From positions 14,880,001-14,944,000 of the forward strand of contig OZ024754.1 of the NCBI GenBank assembly GCA_964016885.1: a stretch of DNA of 64,000 nt. The letters run 5' to 3'. The position numbers and the translations under genes are program-made. The number at the start of each line of letters is the position of its first letter. The first letter of the stretch is position 1. Below, one piece after another: positions 53,126-64,000 of this stretch. The DNA is from Eledone cirrhosa. Taxonomy: Eukaryota. A model generated the notes under the pieces. The model was not told the origin of the DNA. It saw only the letters and a program-made list of their open reading frames with translations, and searched no databases.

Positions 53126-56100
53126 TGGAACACCTTTGACCAATATATATATATAGGACTGATCTGGGACTGTGACAGCAAACAGCATCGAGTGGAACAC
53201 CTTTGACCAATATATATATATAGGACTGATCTGGGACTGTGACAGCAAACAGCATCGAGTGGAACACCTTTGACCTATATATATATATAGGACTGATCTA
53301 GGACTGTGACAGCAAACAGCATCGAGTGGAACACCTTTGACCAATATATATATATATATAGGACTGATCTGTGACTGTGACAGCAAACAGCATCGAGTGG
53401 AACACCTTTGACCTATATATATATATAGGACTGATCTGGGACTGTGACAGCAAACAGCATCGAGTGGAACACCTTTGACCAATATATATATATAGGACTG
53501 ATCTGGGACTGTGACAGCAAACAGCATCGAGTGGAACACCTTTGACCAATATATATATATATAGGACTGATCTGTGACTGTGACAGCAAACAGCATCGAG
53601 TGGAACACCTTTGACCAATATATATATATATAGGACTGATCTGTGACTGTGACAGCAAACAGCATCGAGTGGAACACCTTTGACCTATATATATATATAG
53701 GACTGATCTGGGACTGTGACAGCAAACAGCATCGAGTGGAACACCTTTGACCAATATATATATATATAGGACTGATCTGTGACTGTGACAGCAAACAGCA
53801 TCGAGTGGAACACCTTTGACCTATATATATATATAGGACTGATCTGGGACTGTGACAGCAAACAGCATCGAGTGGAACACCTTTGACCAATATATATATA
53901 TATAGGACTGATCTGTGACTGTGACAGCAAACAGCATCGAGTGGAACACCTTTGACCTATATATATATATAGGACTGATCTGGGACTGTGACAGCAAAGA
54001 GCATCGAGTGGAACACCTTTGACCTATATATATATATATAGGACTGATCTGTGACTGTGACAGCAAACAGCATCGAGTGGAACACCTTTGACCTATATAT
54101 ATATATAGGACTGATCTGGGACTGTGACAGCAAACAGCATCGAGTGGAACACCTTTGACCTATATATATATATATATAGGACTGATCTGTGACTGTGACA
54201 GCAAACAGCATCGAGTGGAACACCTTTGACCTATATATATATATAGGACTGATCTGGGACTGTGACAGCAAACAGCATCGAGTGGAACACCTTTGACCTA
54301 TATATATATATATATAGGACTGATCTGTGACTGTGACAGCAAACAGCATCGAGTGGAACACCTTTGACCTATATATATATATAGGACTGATCTGGGACTG
54401 TGACAGCAAACAGCATCGAGTGGAACACCTTTGACCAATATATATATATATAGGACTGATCTGTGACTGTGACAGCAAACAGCATCGAGTGGAACACCTT
54501 TGACCTATATATATTTATAGGACTGATCTGGGACTGTGACAGCAAACAGCATCGAGTGGAACACCTTTGACCAATATATATATATATAGGACTGATCTGT
54601 GACTGTGACAGCAAACAGCATCGAGTGGAACACCTTTGACCAATATATATATATAGGACGGATCTGGGACTGTGACAGCAAACAGCATCGAGTGGAACAC
54701 CTTTGACCAATATATATATATAGGACTGATCTGTGACTGTGACAGCAAACAGCATCGAGTGGAACACCTTTGACCTATATATATATAGGACGGATCTGGG
54801 ACTGTGACAGCAAACAGCATCGAGTGGAACACCTTTGACCAATATATATATATAGGACGGATCTGGGACTGTGACAGCAAACAGCATCGAGTGGAACACC
54901 TTTGACCAATATATATATATAGGACTGATCTGTGACTGTGACAGCAAACAGCATCGAGTGGAACACCTTTGACCTATATATATATAGGACTGATCTGTGA
55001 CTGTGACAGCAAACAGCATCGAGTTGAACACCTTTGACCAATATATATATATAGGACTGATCTGTGACTGTAACAGCAAACAGCATCGAGTGGAACACCT
55101 TTGACCAATATATATATATAGGACGGATCTGGGACTGTGACAGCAAACAGCATCGAGTGGAACACCTTTGACCAATATATATATATAGGACGGATCTGGG
55201 ACTGTGACAGCAAACAGCATCGAGTGGAACACCTTTGACCTATATATATAGGGCTAATCTGGGATTGTGACAGCAAACAGCATCGAGTGGAACACCTTTG
55301 ACCAATATATATATATATAGGACTGATCTGGGACTGTGACAGCAAAGAGCATCGAGTGGAACACCTTTGACCTATATATATATATATAGGACTGATCTGT
55401 GACTGTGACAGCAAACAGCATCGAGTGGAACACCTTTGACCAATATATATAGGACTGATCTGTGACTGTGACAGCAAACAGCATCGAGTGGAACACCTTT
55501 GACCAATATATATATATATATAGGACTGATCTGTGACTGTGACAGCAAACAGCATCGAGTGGAACACCTTTGACCAATATATATATATAGGACTGATCTG
55601 GGACTGTGACAGCAAACAGCATCGAGTGGAACACCTTTGACCAATATATATATATATAGGACTGATCTGGGACTGTGACAGCAAACAGCATCGAGTGGAA
55701 CACCTTTGACCAATATATATATATATAGGACTGATCTGGAACTGTGACAGCAAACAGCATCGAGTGGAACACCTTTGACCTATATATATAGGACTGATCT
55801 GGGACTGTGACAGCAAACAGCATCGAGTGGAACACCTTTGACCTATATATATATATATATAGGACTGATCTGGGACTGTGACAGCAAACAGCATCGAGTG
55901 GAACACCTTTGACCTATATATATATATAGGACTGATCTGTGACTGTGACAGCAAACAGCATCGAGTGGAACACCTTTGACCAATATATATATATAGGACT
56001 GATCTGGGACTGTGACAGCAAACAGCATCGAGTGGAACACCTTTGACCAATATATATATATAGGACTGATCTGGGACTGTGACAGCAAACGGCATCGAGT

Positions 56101-58463
56101 GGAACACCTTTGACCAATATATATAGGGCTAATCTGGGACTGTGACAGCAAACAGCATCGAGTGGAACACCTTTGACCAATATATATCTATAGGACTGAT
56201 CTGTGACTGTGACAGCAAACAGCATCGAGTGGAACACCTTTGACCAATATATATATATAGGACTGATCTGGGACTGTGACAGCAAACAGCATCGAGTGGA
56301 ACACCTTTGACCAATATATATAGGGCTAATCTGGGACTGTGACAGCAAACAGCATCGAGTGGAACACCTTTGACCAATATATATCTATAGGACTGATCTG
56401 TGACTGTGACAGCAAACAGCATCGAGTGGAACACCTTTGACCAATATATATATATAGGACTGATCTGGGACTGTGACAGCAAACAGCATCGAGTGGAACA
56501 CCTTTGACCAATATATATATATAGGACGGATCTGGGACTGTGACAGCAAACAGCATCGAGTGGAACACCTTTGACCAATATATATATATAGGACGGATCT
56601 GGGACTGTGACAGCAAACAGCATCGAGTGGAACACCTTTGACCTATATATATAGGGCTAATCTGGGATTGTGACAGCAAACAGCATCGAGTGGAACACCT
56701 TTGACCAATATATATATATATAGGACTGATCTGGGACTGTGACAGCAAAGAGCATCGAGTGGAACACCTTTGACCTATATATATATATATAGGACTGATC
56801 TGTGACTGTGACAGCAAACAGCATCGAGTGGAACACCTTTGACCAATATATATAGGACTGATCTGTGACTGTGACAGCAAACAGCATCGAGTGGAACACC
56901 TTTGACCAATATATATATATATATAGGACTGATCTGTGACTGTGACAGCAAACAGCATCGAGTGGAACACCTTTGACCAATATATATATATAGGACTGAT
57001 CTGGGACTGTGACAGCAAACAGCATCGAGTGGAACACCTTTGACCAATATATATATATATAGGACTGATCTGGGACTGTGACAGCAAACAGCATCGAGTG
57101 GAACACCTTTGACCAATATATATATATATAGGACTGATCTGGAACTGTGACAGCAAACAGCATCGAGTGGAACACCTTTGACCTATATATATAGGACTGA
57201 TCTGGGACTGTGACAGCAAACAGCATCGAGTGGAACACCTTTGACCTATATATATATATATATAGGACTGATCTGGGACTGTGACAGCAAACAGCATCGA
57301 GTGGAACACCTTTGACCTATATATATATATAGGACTGATCTGTGACTGTGACAGCAAACAGCATCGAGTGGAACACCTTTGACCAATATATATATATAGG
57401 ACTGATCTGGGACTGTGACAGCAAACAGCATCGAGTGGAACACCTTTGACCAATATATATATATAGGACTGATCTGGGACTGTGACAGCAAACGGCATCG
57501 AGTGGAACACCTTTGACCAATATATATAGGGCTAATCTGGGACTGTGACAGCAAACAGCATCGAGTGGAACACCTTTGACCAATATATATCTATAGGACT
57601 GATCTGTGACTGTGACAGCAAACAGCATCGAGTGGAACACCTTTGACCAATATATATATATAGGACTGATCTGGGACTGTGACAGCAAACAGCATCGAGT
57701 GGAACACCTTTGACCAATATATATAGGGCTAATCTGGGACTGTGACAGCAAACAGCATCGAGTGGAACACCTTTGACCAATATATATCTATAGGACTGAT
57801 CTGTGACTGTGACAGCAAACAGCATCGAGTGGAACACCTTTGACCAATATATATATATAGGACTGATCTGGGACTGTGACAGCAAACAGCATCGAGTGGA
57901 ACACCTTTGACCAATATATATATATAGGACTGATCTGGGACTGTGACAGCAAACAGCATCGAGTGGAACACCTTTGACCAATATATATATATAGGACTGA
58001 TCTGGGACTGTGACAGCAAACAGCATCGAGTGGAACACCTTTGACCAATATATATATATAGGACTGATCTGGGACTGTGACAGCAAACAGCATCGAGTGG
58101 AACACCTTTGACCAATATATATAGGGCTAATCTGGGACTGTGACAGCAAACAGCATCGAGTGGAACACCTTTGACCAATATATATAGGGCTAATCTGGGA
58201 CTGTGACAGCAAACAGCATCGAGTGGAACACCTTTGACCAATATATATATATAGGACTGATCTGTGACTGTGACAGCAAACAGCATCGAGTGGAACACCT
58301 TTGACCAATATATATATATAGGACTGATCTGGGACTGTGACAGCAAACAGCATCGAGTGGAACACCTTTGACCAATATATATAGGGCTAATCTGGGACTG
58401 TGACAGCAAACAGCATCGAGTGGAACACCTTTGACCAATATATATAGGGCTAATCTGGGACTA
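53126..58463. repeat. ~67-bp satellite: 53-bp core plus variable (TA)n, about 80 copies, with a 1403-bp higher-order duplication
   Basis: Core GGACTGATCTGkGACTGTGACAGCAAACAGCATCGAGTGGAACACCTTTGACC. Confidence 0.97.
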
Positions 58464-59026
58464 TGGTAGGAAACAGCGCTCGAAATATAACATGCTAATT
58501 TTATCAATGACAAGAAAAATACAACTATTACAGCAGCATCACCACCAACAACAACAACAACAAACAACAGCAACAATAACAACAACAACAACAACAAACA
58601 ACAACAACAACAGCACCACCAGCAACAACAACAACAACAACAGCAGCACCAACAAAATATGAACCAACTTTTTCGATATAGTTCAACTTCGGGCATACAC
58701 ACGGGTGTTTGTATAAACAGGAACGTGTGAAGATTGTATGAATTTAGGTGTGTGTGTTTGTGTGTGTGTGTGTATGTGTGCGTGTGTGTATGTGTGCGTG
58801 TGTGTGTGTTTTCATGTGTTCGTGTGTTTTCGTGTGTTTATGTGTTTGTTTGTGTGTTTGTGTGTGTTTTCATGTGTTTATGTGTGCGTTTGTGTGTTTG
58901 TTTGTGTGCGTGTTTTCATGTGTTCGTGCGTTTTCGTGTTTATGTGTGTGTTTGTGTGTGTTTGCATGTGTTCGTGCGTTTTCGTGGGTTTATGTGTGCG
59001 TTTGTGTGTGTGTGTGTGTGTTTGTT

Positions 59027-59057
<31 letters not shown>

Positions 59058-59130
59058 TCGTGTGTTTTCATGTGTTCGTGCGTAGTCGTGTGTGTTTGTG
59101 TATGTGTGTTCGTGTGTTTGTGTGTGTATG

Positions 59131-59175
<45 letters not shown>

Positions 59176-59870
59176 GAGAGAGGGATAAGAGATTAGGTGA
59201 GGAGTGTGGAAGTTGTATTTAGTTTAACTGGAATGTCCAAACATCTGTAAAATGTTCACCATTAGCAGCGCAACCTCAAGCCAATGGAGGCTGTTCTATC
59301 TACCTGTCAACATCTTACATCGTCCTTGACCTTTTCCTTCTTTAGATCCCCACCCCCACCCTTCTTCACTCTTATCACCTTACTTTCTTCTTCATCATCC
59401 TCATCTCCTTCCTCTTTTACTCATCTTCCTACCTATCTCATTTGTGCCCCCCCTCCTCTCTTCGTACATTACTGGGAGGAGATGAAGAGAAAAACGAAGT
59501 ATAAAAGAAGAAGAAGAAGAAGAAAAAGAAGAAGAAGAAACGACGAGAACGGCAACAACAGCAGCAGACATAGCAACAACAATAACAACAATAAAAACAG
59601 ATGTGATTGGAAGCAGATGAGGTGATGAAGTATTGCACCAAATAAATGGCAACAAAGCTGAGTAAAAGAAGAGAAACTCTACAAACTCCACTGTTAAATA
59701 GAAGAAACCAATTACTCCGAGTGTGTACACATGAGGAGATTTAAGGGGTGATAACTCTTGTCTCTTAATACCATGTACTGATTTAACAGAAAATCATTAA
59801 CACCGGGTTTCTTAATTCAAATGTTTATTGTATCTTTACTGTTGGACAGATCGTTGTGAAAATTTGCATT

Positions 59871-60062
59871 CGGTGGATTGGCAGTATCGGTAGAGAGTCG
59901 GACACCATTCTTTGAAGCATACCTTTACGTCCCTTTATGATCTGAGTTCAAATCCCGCCGAGGTTAACTTTGCCTTTCGTCCTTACGCGGTCGATGAAAT
60001 AAAGTACCAGTAATGCATTGGGGTAATTGCTGGCTTTGTGCCAAAAGTAGAAACAATTATTA
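59871..60062 (+). mobile_element. SINE family 1
   Basis: Full length. Confidence 0.88.
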
Positions 60063-60307
60063 GACTAAAAACTATATTTTTTAATGTCATACCGTCACAG
60101 TAATGTTTTCGGTTTGTGCTTTTTAAGAACTTAGGATTTTTTCAACACGCCAACGCGTATGTGTGCACGTGTGTGTATATGTCTTTCATATTTTTGAGGT
60201 CGACAAATAAAGTAGCCGTCTAGTACTGGTGTTAGGTCTTCCCCTCTCTCGCTCCCATTCTCTCATTCTTTGTGACATATTTTCAAAACTGTACCCTATA
60301 TTTTCAG

Positions 60308-60382
60308 TGTTGGGGTATGTGCTTCAACCTAAATTACAACAAAAAGATTTGGGGTGACAATTGTGTCTCCGACAGTAGTTGC
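60308..60382 (+). CDS. exon B of a Cys-rich/FN3-like protein gene
   Basis: TTTTCAG acceptor; GTAAGT donor; CWGMCFNLNYNKKIWGDNCVSDSSC; phase 0/0. Confidence 0.75.
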
Positions 60383-60474
60383 GTAAGTAACCATCCGTTT
60401 TATTTTAATTAAATTTCTCTTTTATATTGATATTTTTGTTGTTATCGTGAATTATTATTAAAAGAAAAGGGTGG

Positions 60475-60658
60475 TGGGTTATAAGAATCGGCAGGGCGTC
60501 GGACACTCTGCTTTACAGCATACGGTTTTTTACGTTCTGAGTTCAAATCCCGCCGAGGTTAACTTTGCCTTTCATCCTCACGGGGTCGATAAAATAAAGT
60601 ACCAGTAATGCACTGGGTAATTGCTGGCCTTGTGCCAAAAAGTAGAAACAATTATTAT
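60475..60658 (+). mobile_element. SINE family 1
   Basis: Core plus TSD AATTATTATTAAAAGAAAA. Confidence 0.88.
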
Positions 60659-60785
60659 TAAAAGAAAAAAAAATAAGAATAACGAAATTACTATTGCTAT
60701 TGTTGTTGTTGTTCAGTTCTTATCATTACAACGTTCTTATGCATTCTACCACATCTCCAGAACTACAAACCACCAGATAATGTGT

Positions 60786-61800
60786 GTTTGATCCCCTACA
60801 GCTATACCGGACATCACAGGCCACTGTCTACCATATATTTGACCCCCTACAGATATCTCGGACATCACAGGCCACTGTCTACCATATATTTGACCCCCCT
60901 ACAGATATCCCGGACATCACAGGCCACTGTCTACCATATATTTGACCCCCCTACAGCTATCCCGGACACTACAGACCACTTCTACCATATAGTTGACCCT
61001 CTACAGCTATCCCGGACACTACAGACCACTTCTACCATATATTTGACCCCCTACAGCTATCCCGGACATCACAGGCCACTGTCTACCATATATTTGACCC
61101 CTTACAGCTATCCCGGACATCACAAGCCACTGTCTACCATATATTTGACCCCCTACAGCTATCCCGGACACTACAGACCACTGTCTACCATATATTTGAC
61201 CCCCTACAGCTATCCCGGACACTACAGACCACTTCTACCATATGTTTGACCCCCTACAGCTATCCCGGACATCACAGGCCACTGTCTACCATATATTTGA
61301 CCCCTTACAGCTATCCCGGACATCACAGGCCACTGTCTACCATATATTTGACCTCTACAGCTATCCCAGACCACATACCACTGTCTACCATATATTTGAC
61401 CCCCTACAGATATCCCGGACATCACATACCACTGTCTACCATATGTTTGACCTCTACATCTATCCCAGACCACTGACTACTGTCTACCATATATTTGACC
61501 TCTACAGCTATCCCAGACACTTCATACCACTGTCTACCATATATTTGACCCCCTACAGCTATCCCAGACCACATACCACTGTCTACCATATATTTGACCT
61601 CTACAGCTATCCCAGACACTTCATACCACTGTCTACCATATATTTGACCCCCTACAGCTATCCCAGACCACATACCACTGTCTACCAATATTTGATCCCC
61701 TACAGCTATCCCAGACCACAGACCACTGTCTACCATATATTTGACCCCTCGAGCTATCCCAAATATCACATACCACTCTCAACCATATTTGTTACCACCA
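60786..61800. repeat. ~45-bp minisatellite
   Basis: Unit ATATTTGACCCCCTACAGCTATCCCGGACATCACAGGCCACTGTCTACCAT and variants. Confidence 0.92.
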
Positions 61801-62036
61801 CAACCATTTTCTATATCACAGACCACTTTCTACCATAAATCTGACCACCACAGATATCTCCTAAACTCCGGGCCTTATATTTGACCCCCACAGCCATCTC
61901 CTACATCACAGACCACTCACTACTAAATATGTGACCACCTCAGACATTTCCTAAACTCCAGACCAACCCGTACCATATATTTCACCCTTACGTGACCATT
62001 TTCTTTTATATTTGACCACTACTGTTGTGTTTTCAG

Positions 62037-62079
62037 GAACTCGGGTGTCAGATGGTCTGCAACTTCAACACTGATTCCA
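62037..62079 (+). CDS. exon C of a Cys-rich/FN3-like protein gene
   Basis: TTTTCAG acceptor; GTAAGT donor; ELGCQMVCNFNTDS plus 1 nt; phase 0/1. Confidence 0.75.
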
Positions 62080-62634
62080 GTAAGTTTGATCCCTAATTCA
62101 CTCCACTAGATATTTTCTAAATTAGATAATGAAAGTAAATGGAAGAGGGTGGCGAGTGACAGACTCTACAAGCCAGTTTAGGGGGCATATCTCTGTCTTC
62201 TCAGCTTCCGGGATCAGTATAGACCTGTACTAGCAATATACTGGGTGTGTGTGTGTGTGGGGGGGGGGTTCAATCAATTATACCCCTTCCTCTCAGAGTC
62301 GGACTTTCACCTGCTGAGGCCCTAAGTCATTTGAAATTTGAGGCCCTTCTCTAAAATAATTCGAGTAAAAAAATGTTCATGATTATTATTTCTCATGTTA
62401 AAGAATAAATATGTGTATTATATAATTTTTGATGATTTAGTATTAAATAAAAACTAATGATAAAATTAAAAAAATATTTTAAAATGAGGCTTCAGAGGGT
62501 GTGTGGTCCTAAGCTATTGCTTACTTAGCTTATAAGTCCAGCACTGTCTCTCCTACAGAACTTGATTTGTGTTAAATCTTAATTATATTTTATAATGTAA
62601 TTCTTTTATTTTATTTTTATTTTCAAAACCATAG

Positions 62635-62825
62635 AGAGTAATCGGAAACGAACGGGACGGTTTTCGGATCAACCTCACGTGAAAGATGTTGGTACACATG
62701 TGCAAATTAAATGGAAGAAGCCAAAGAAAATTAGTGGACAGGCACCTCATACCTTTGGTCACTTAGTTTACATTTTACTTATTCGAAAACGACATCAACC
62801 AGGTGGATGGAAAATATTTCGGCAG
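62635..62825 (+). CDS. exon D, N-terminal half of an FN3-like domain
   Basis: T-rich tract and TAG acceptor; CAG|GTGAGC donor; phase 1/0; PHVKDVGTHVQIKWKKP..LVYILLIRKR..GWKIFRQ. Confidence 0.75.
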
Positions 62826-63932
62826 GTGAGCACCGTTTTAACATTAATAGCTATACTTTCTTATGAATAACAATAAAACAAATATTGCTGGCCTTGTGAC
62901 AAATGTAGAAACAATTATTCTAAGATGCTACTGAACGAGATACCAGAGAACGTTACCTTAGAAAATTAAGTGCATGTGTTATATAATTTGGGCCATTTCG
63001 TGCGATCTTCCCATCCCCTCTTTCTCATACTGATATTCACTGGTTAATGGATTCATGTAAAATAAGTAACGTAAACGAATTTAATTAAATTATTTCTATA
63101 GTGCAGCCAGGATATGTATTATCAAGAAGATAGACGTAAATGCTTTAGTTTGGGGGCAAAGATCTTAGATAACACGATAATAGACATTTTAATCATTAGA
63201 TGAATCACTAAATTTATTATTTTGCTTTTGTTTTTATATAAACGAGAAAAATACTTTAAAATCGTAAAATTAATTTTTCTGAAGTATATGAAAAATTATG
63301 AACGTTAGAATTTTCTTCTAAATAATTAATATTGCAGAATCTTTATTTTTCTTCTTTTTTTTTACTGTTTAAAAACTTCGAAACTGTGGTGGGAGTGAGG
63401 GAAGAAATTAGTTGATTTAAATGCTTCTATCAGTATAAACTCCGTTTAAAATGCCCCAAAGCCAGATGCTGGTGTTAAACAAAGTAACAGATTAAGTTTA
63501 CTAACTAAGTAGGTCACAGCAGATTCCGAACTCAGAACACAAATTTGGCATACACATCATACTGCAAGATATCGCATCAGATGCACCAACATTTTCACCA
63601 AACTAACTCCTCTCCACAACTGACACTTTATTTATTCCATCCCCTTAAAAAAAAATAAAAGAAGAAGGATAAAAGACAAAGTCGACCTCGGTGGGAGCCG
63701 GAACAAAAGCTGCAAAGTAGTTTGCTCGATGTTCCACCGAACGGGCCAATTCGCCGCCTATGATTTAATGAAGAGCCGTACTCAATAGCATTAACAACAT
63801 ATCGGTAGGAGAGTGGTTCAAACCCTGTCAGCAGGTCGGCTTTCTTCTCTCAAATATGCCCAAGAAATATCTAACTCGGCAAGTCTCACACAGCACCGTA
63901 AAACTGCTACATCAATACGATTGGTTAAAATA

Positions 63933-64000
63933 ATGGTTTCTGATTTAGGCACAAGGCCAACTATTTTGTGGGAGGGGAAAGACGATTAAATCGACTCCAG
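63933..64000 (-). mobile_element. SINE family 1 tail running off the window
   Basis: TTTAGGCACAAGGCCAA..GATTAAATCGAC. Confidence 0.7.

Noticed and set aside
53126-58463. CRISPR array or ribozyme-bearing satellite
   Set aside because: The spacers are only (TA)n, there are no cas genes, the context is eukaryotic, and no CUGANGA/GAAA core occurs on either strand
63102-63136. Possible next exon (CSQDMYYQEDR)
   Set aside because: Weak donor and no recognisable continuation of the FN3 pattern

Overview
This is AT-rich eukaryotic DNA saturated with microsatellites. The SINE families and repeat landscape look like a cephalopod, probably Octopus (inference). Almost all ORFs in the supplied track are simple-repeat artefacts. 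Real content: (1) Four phase-compatible + strand exons (49370-49432, 60308-60382, 62037-62079, 62635-62825) of a host gene encoding an 8-Cys module followed by an FN3-like domain. (2) A dense set of Penelope-like element (PLE) remnants, mostly embedded in (TA)n tracts, including a GIY-YIG endonuclease fragment and about 19 near-canonical plus about 8 degenerate or truncated minimal hammerhead ribozyme (HHR) motifs. Many lie in fold-back (inverted) units that carry a ribozyme on each strand. (3) 3' fragments of RTE and CR1 LINEs, one with a twin-priming-type inversion. (4) More than 20 tRNA-derived SINE copies from about three families. (5) piggyBac-like and Tc1/mariner-like MITEs. (6) Several minisatellites, some with higher-order structure. 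All structures were read by eye, and boundaries of degenerate repeats are approximate.
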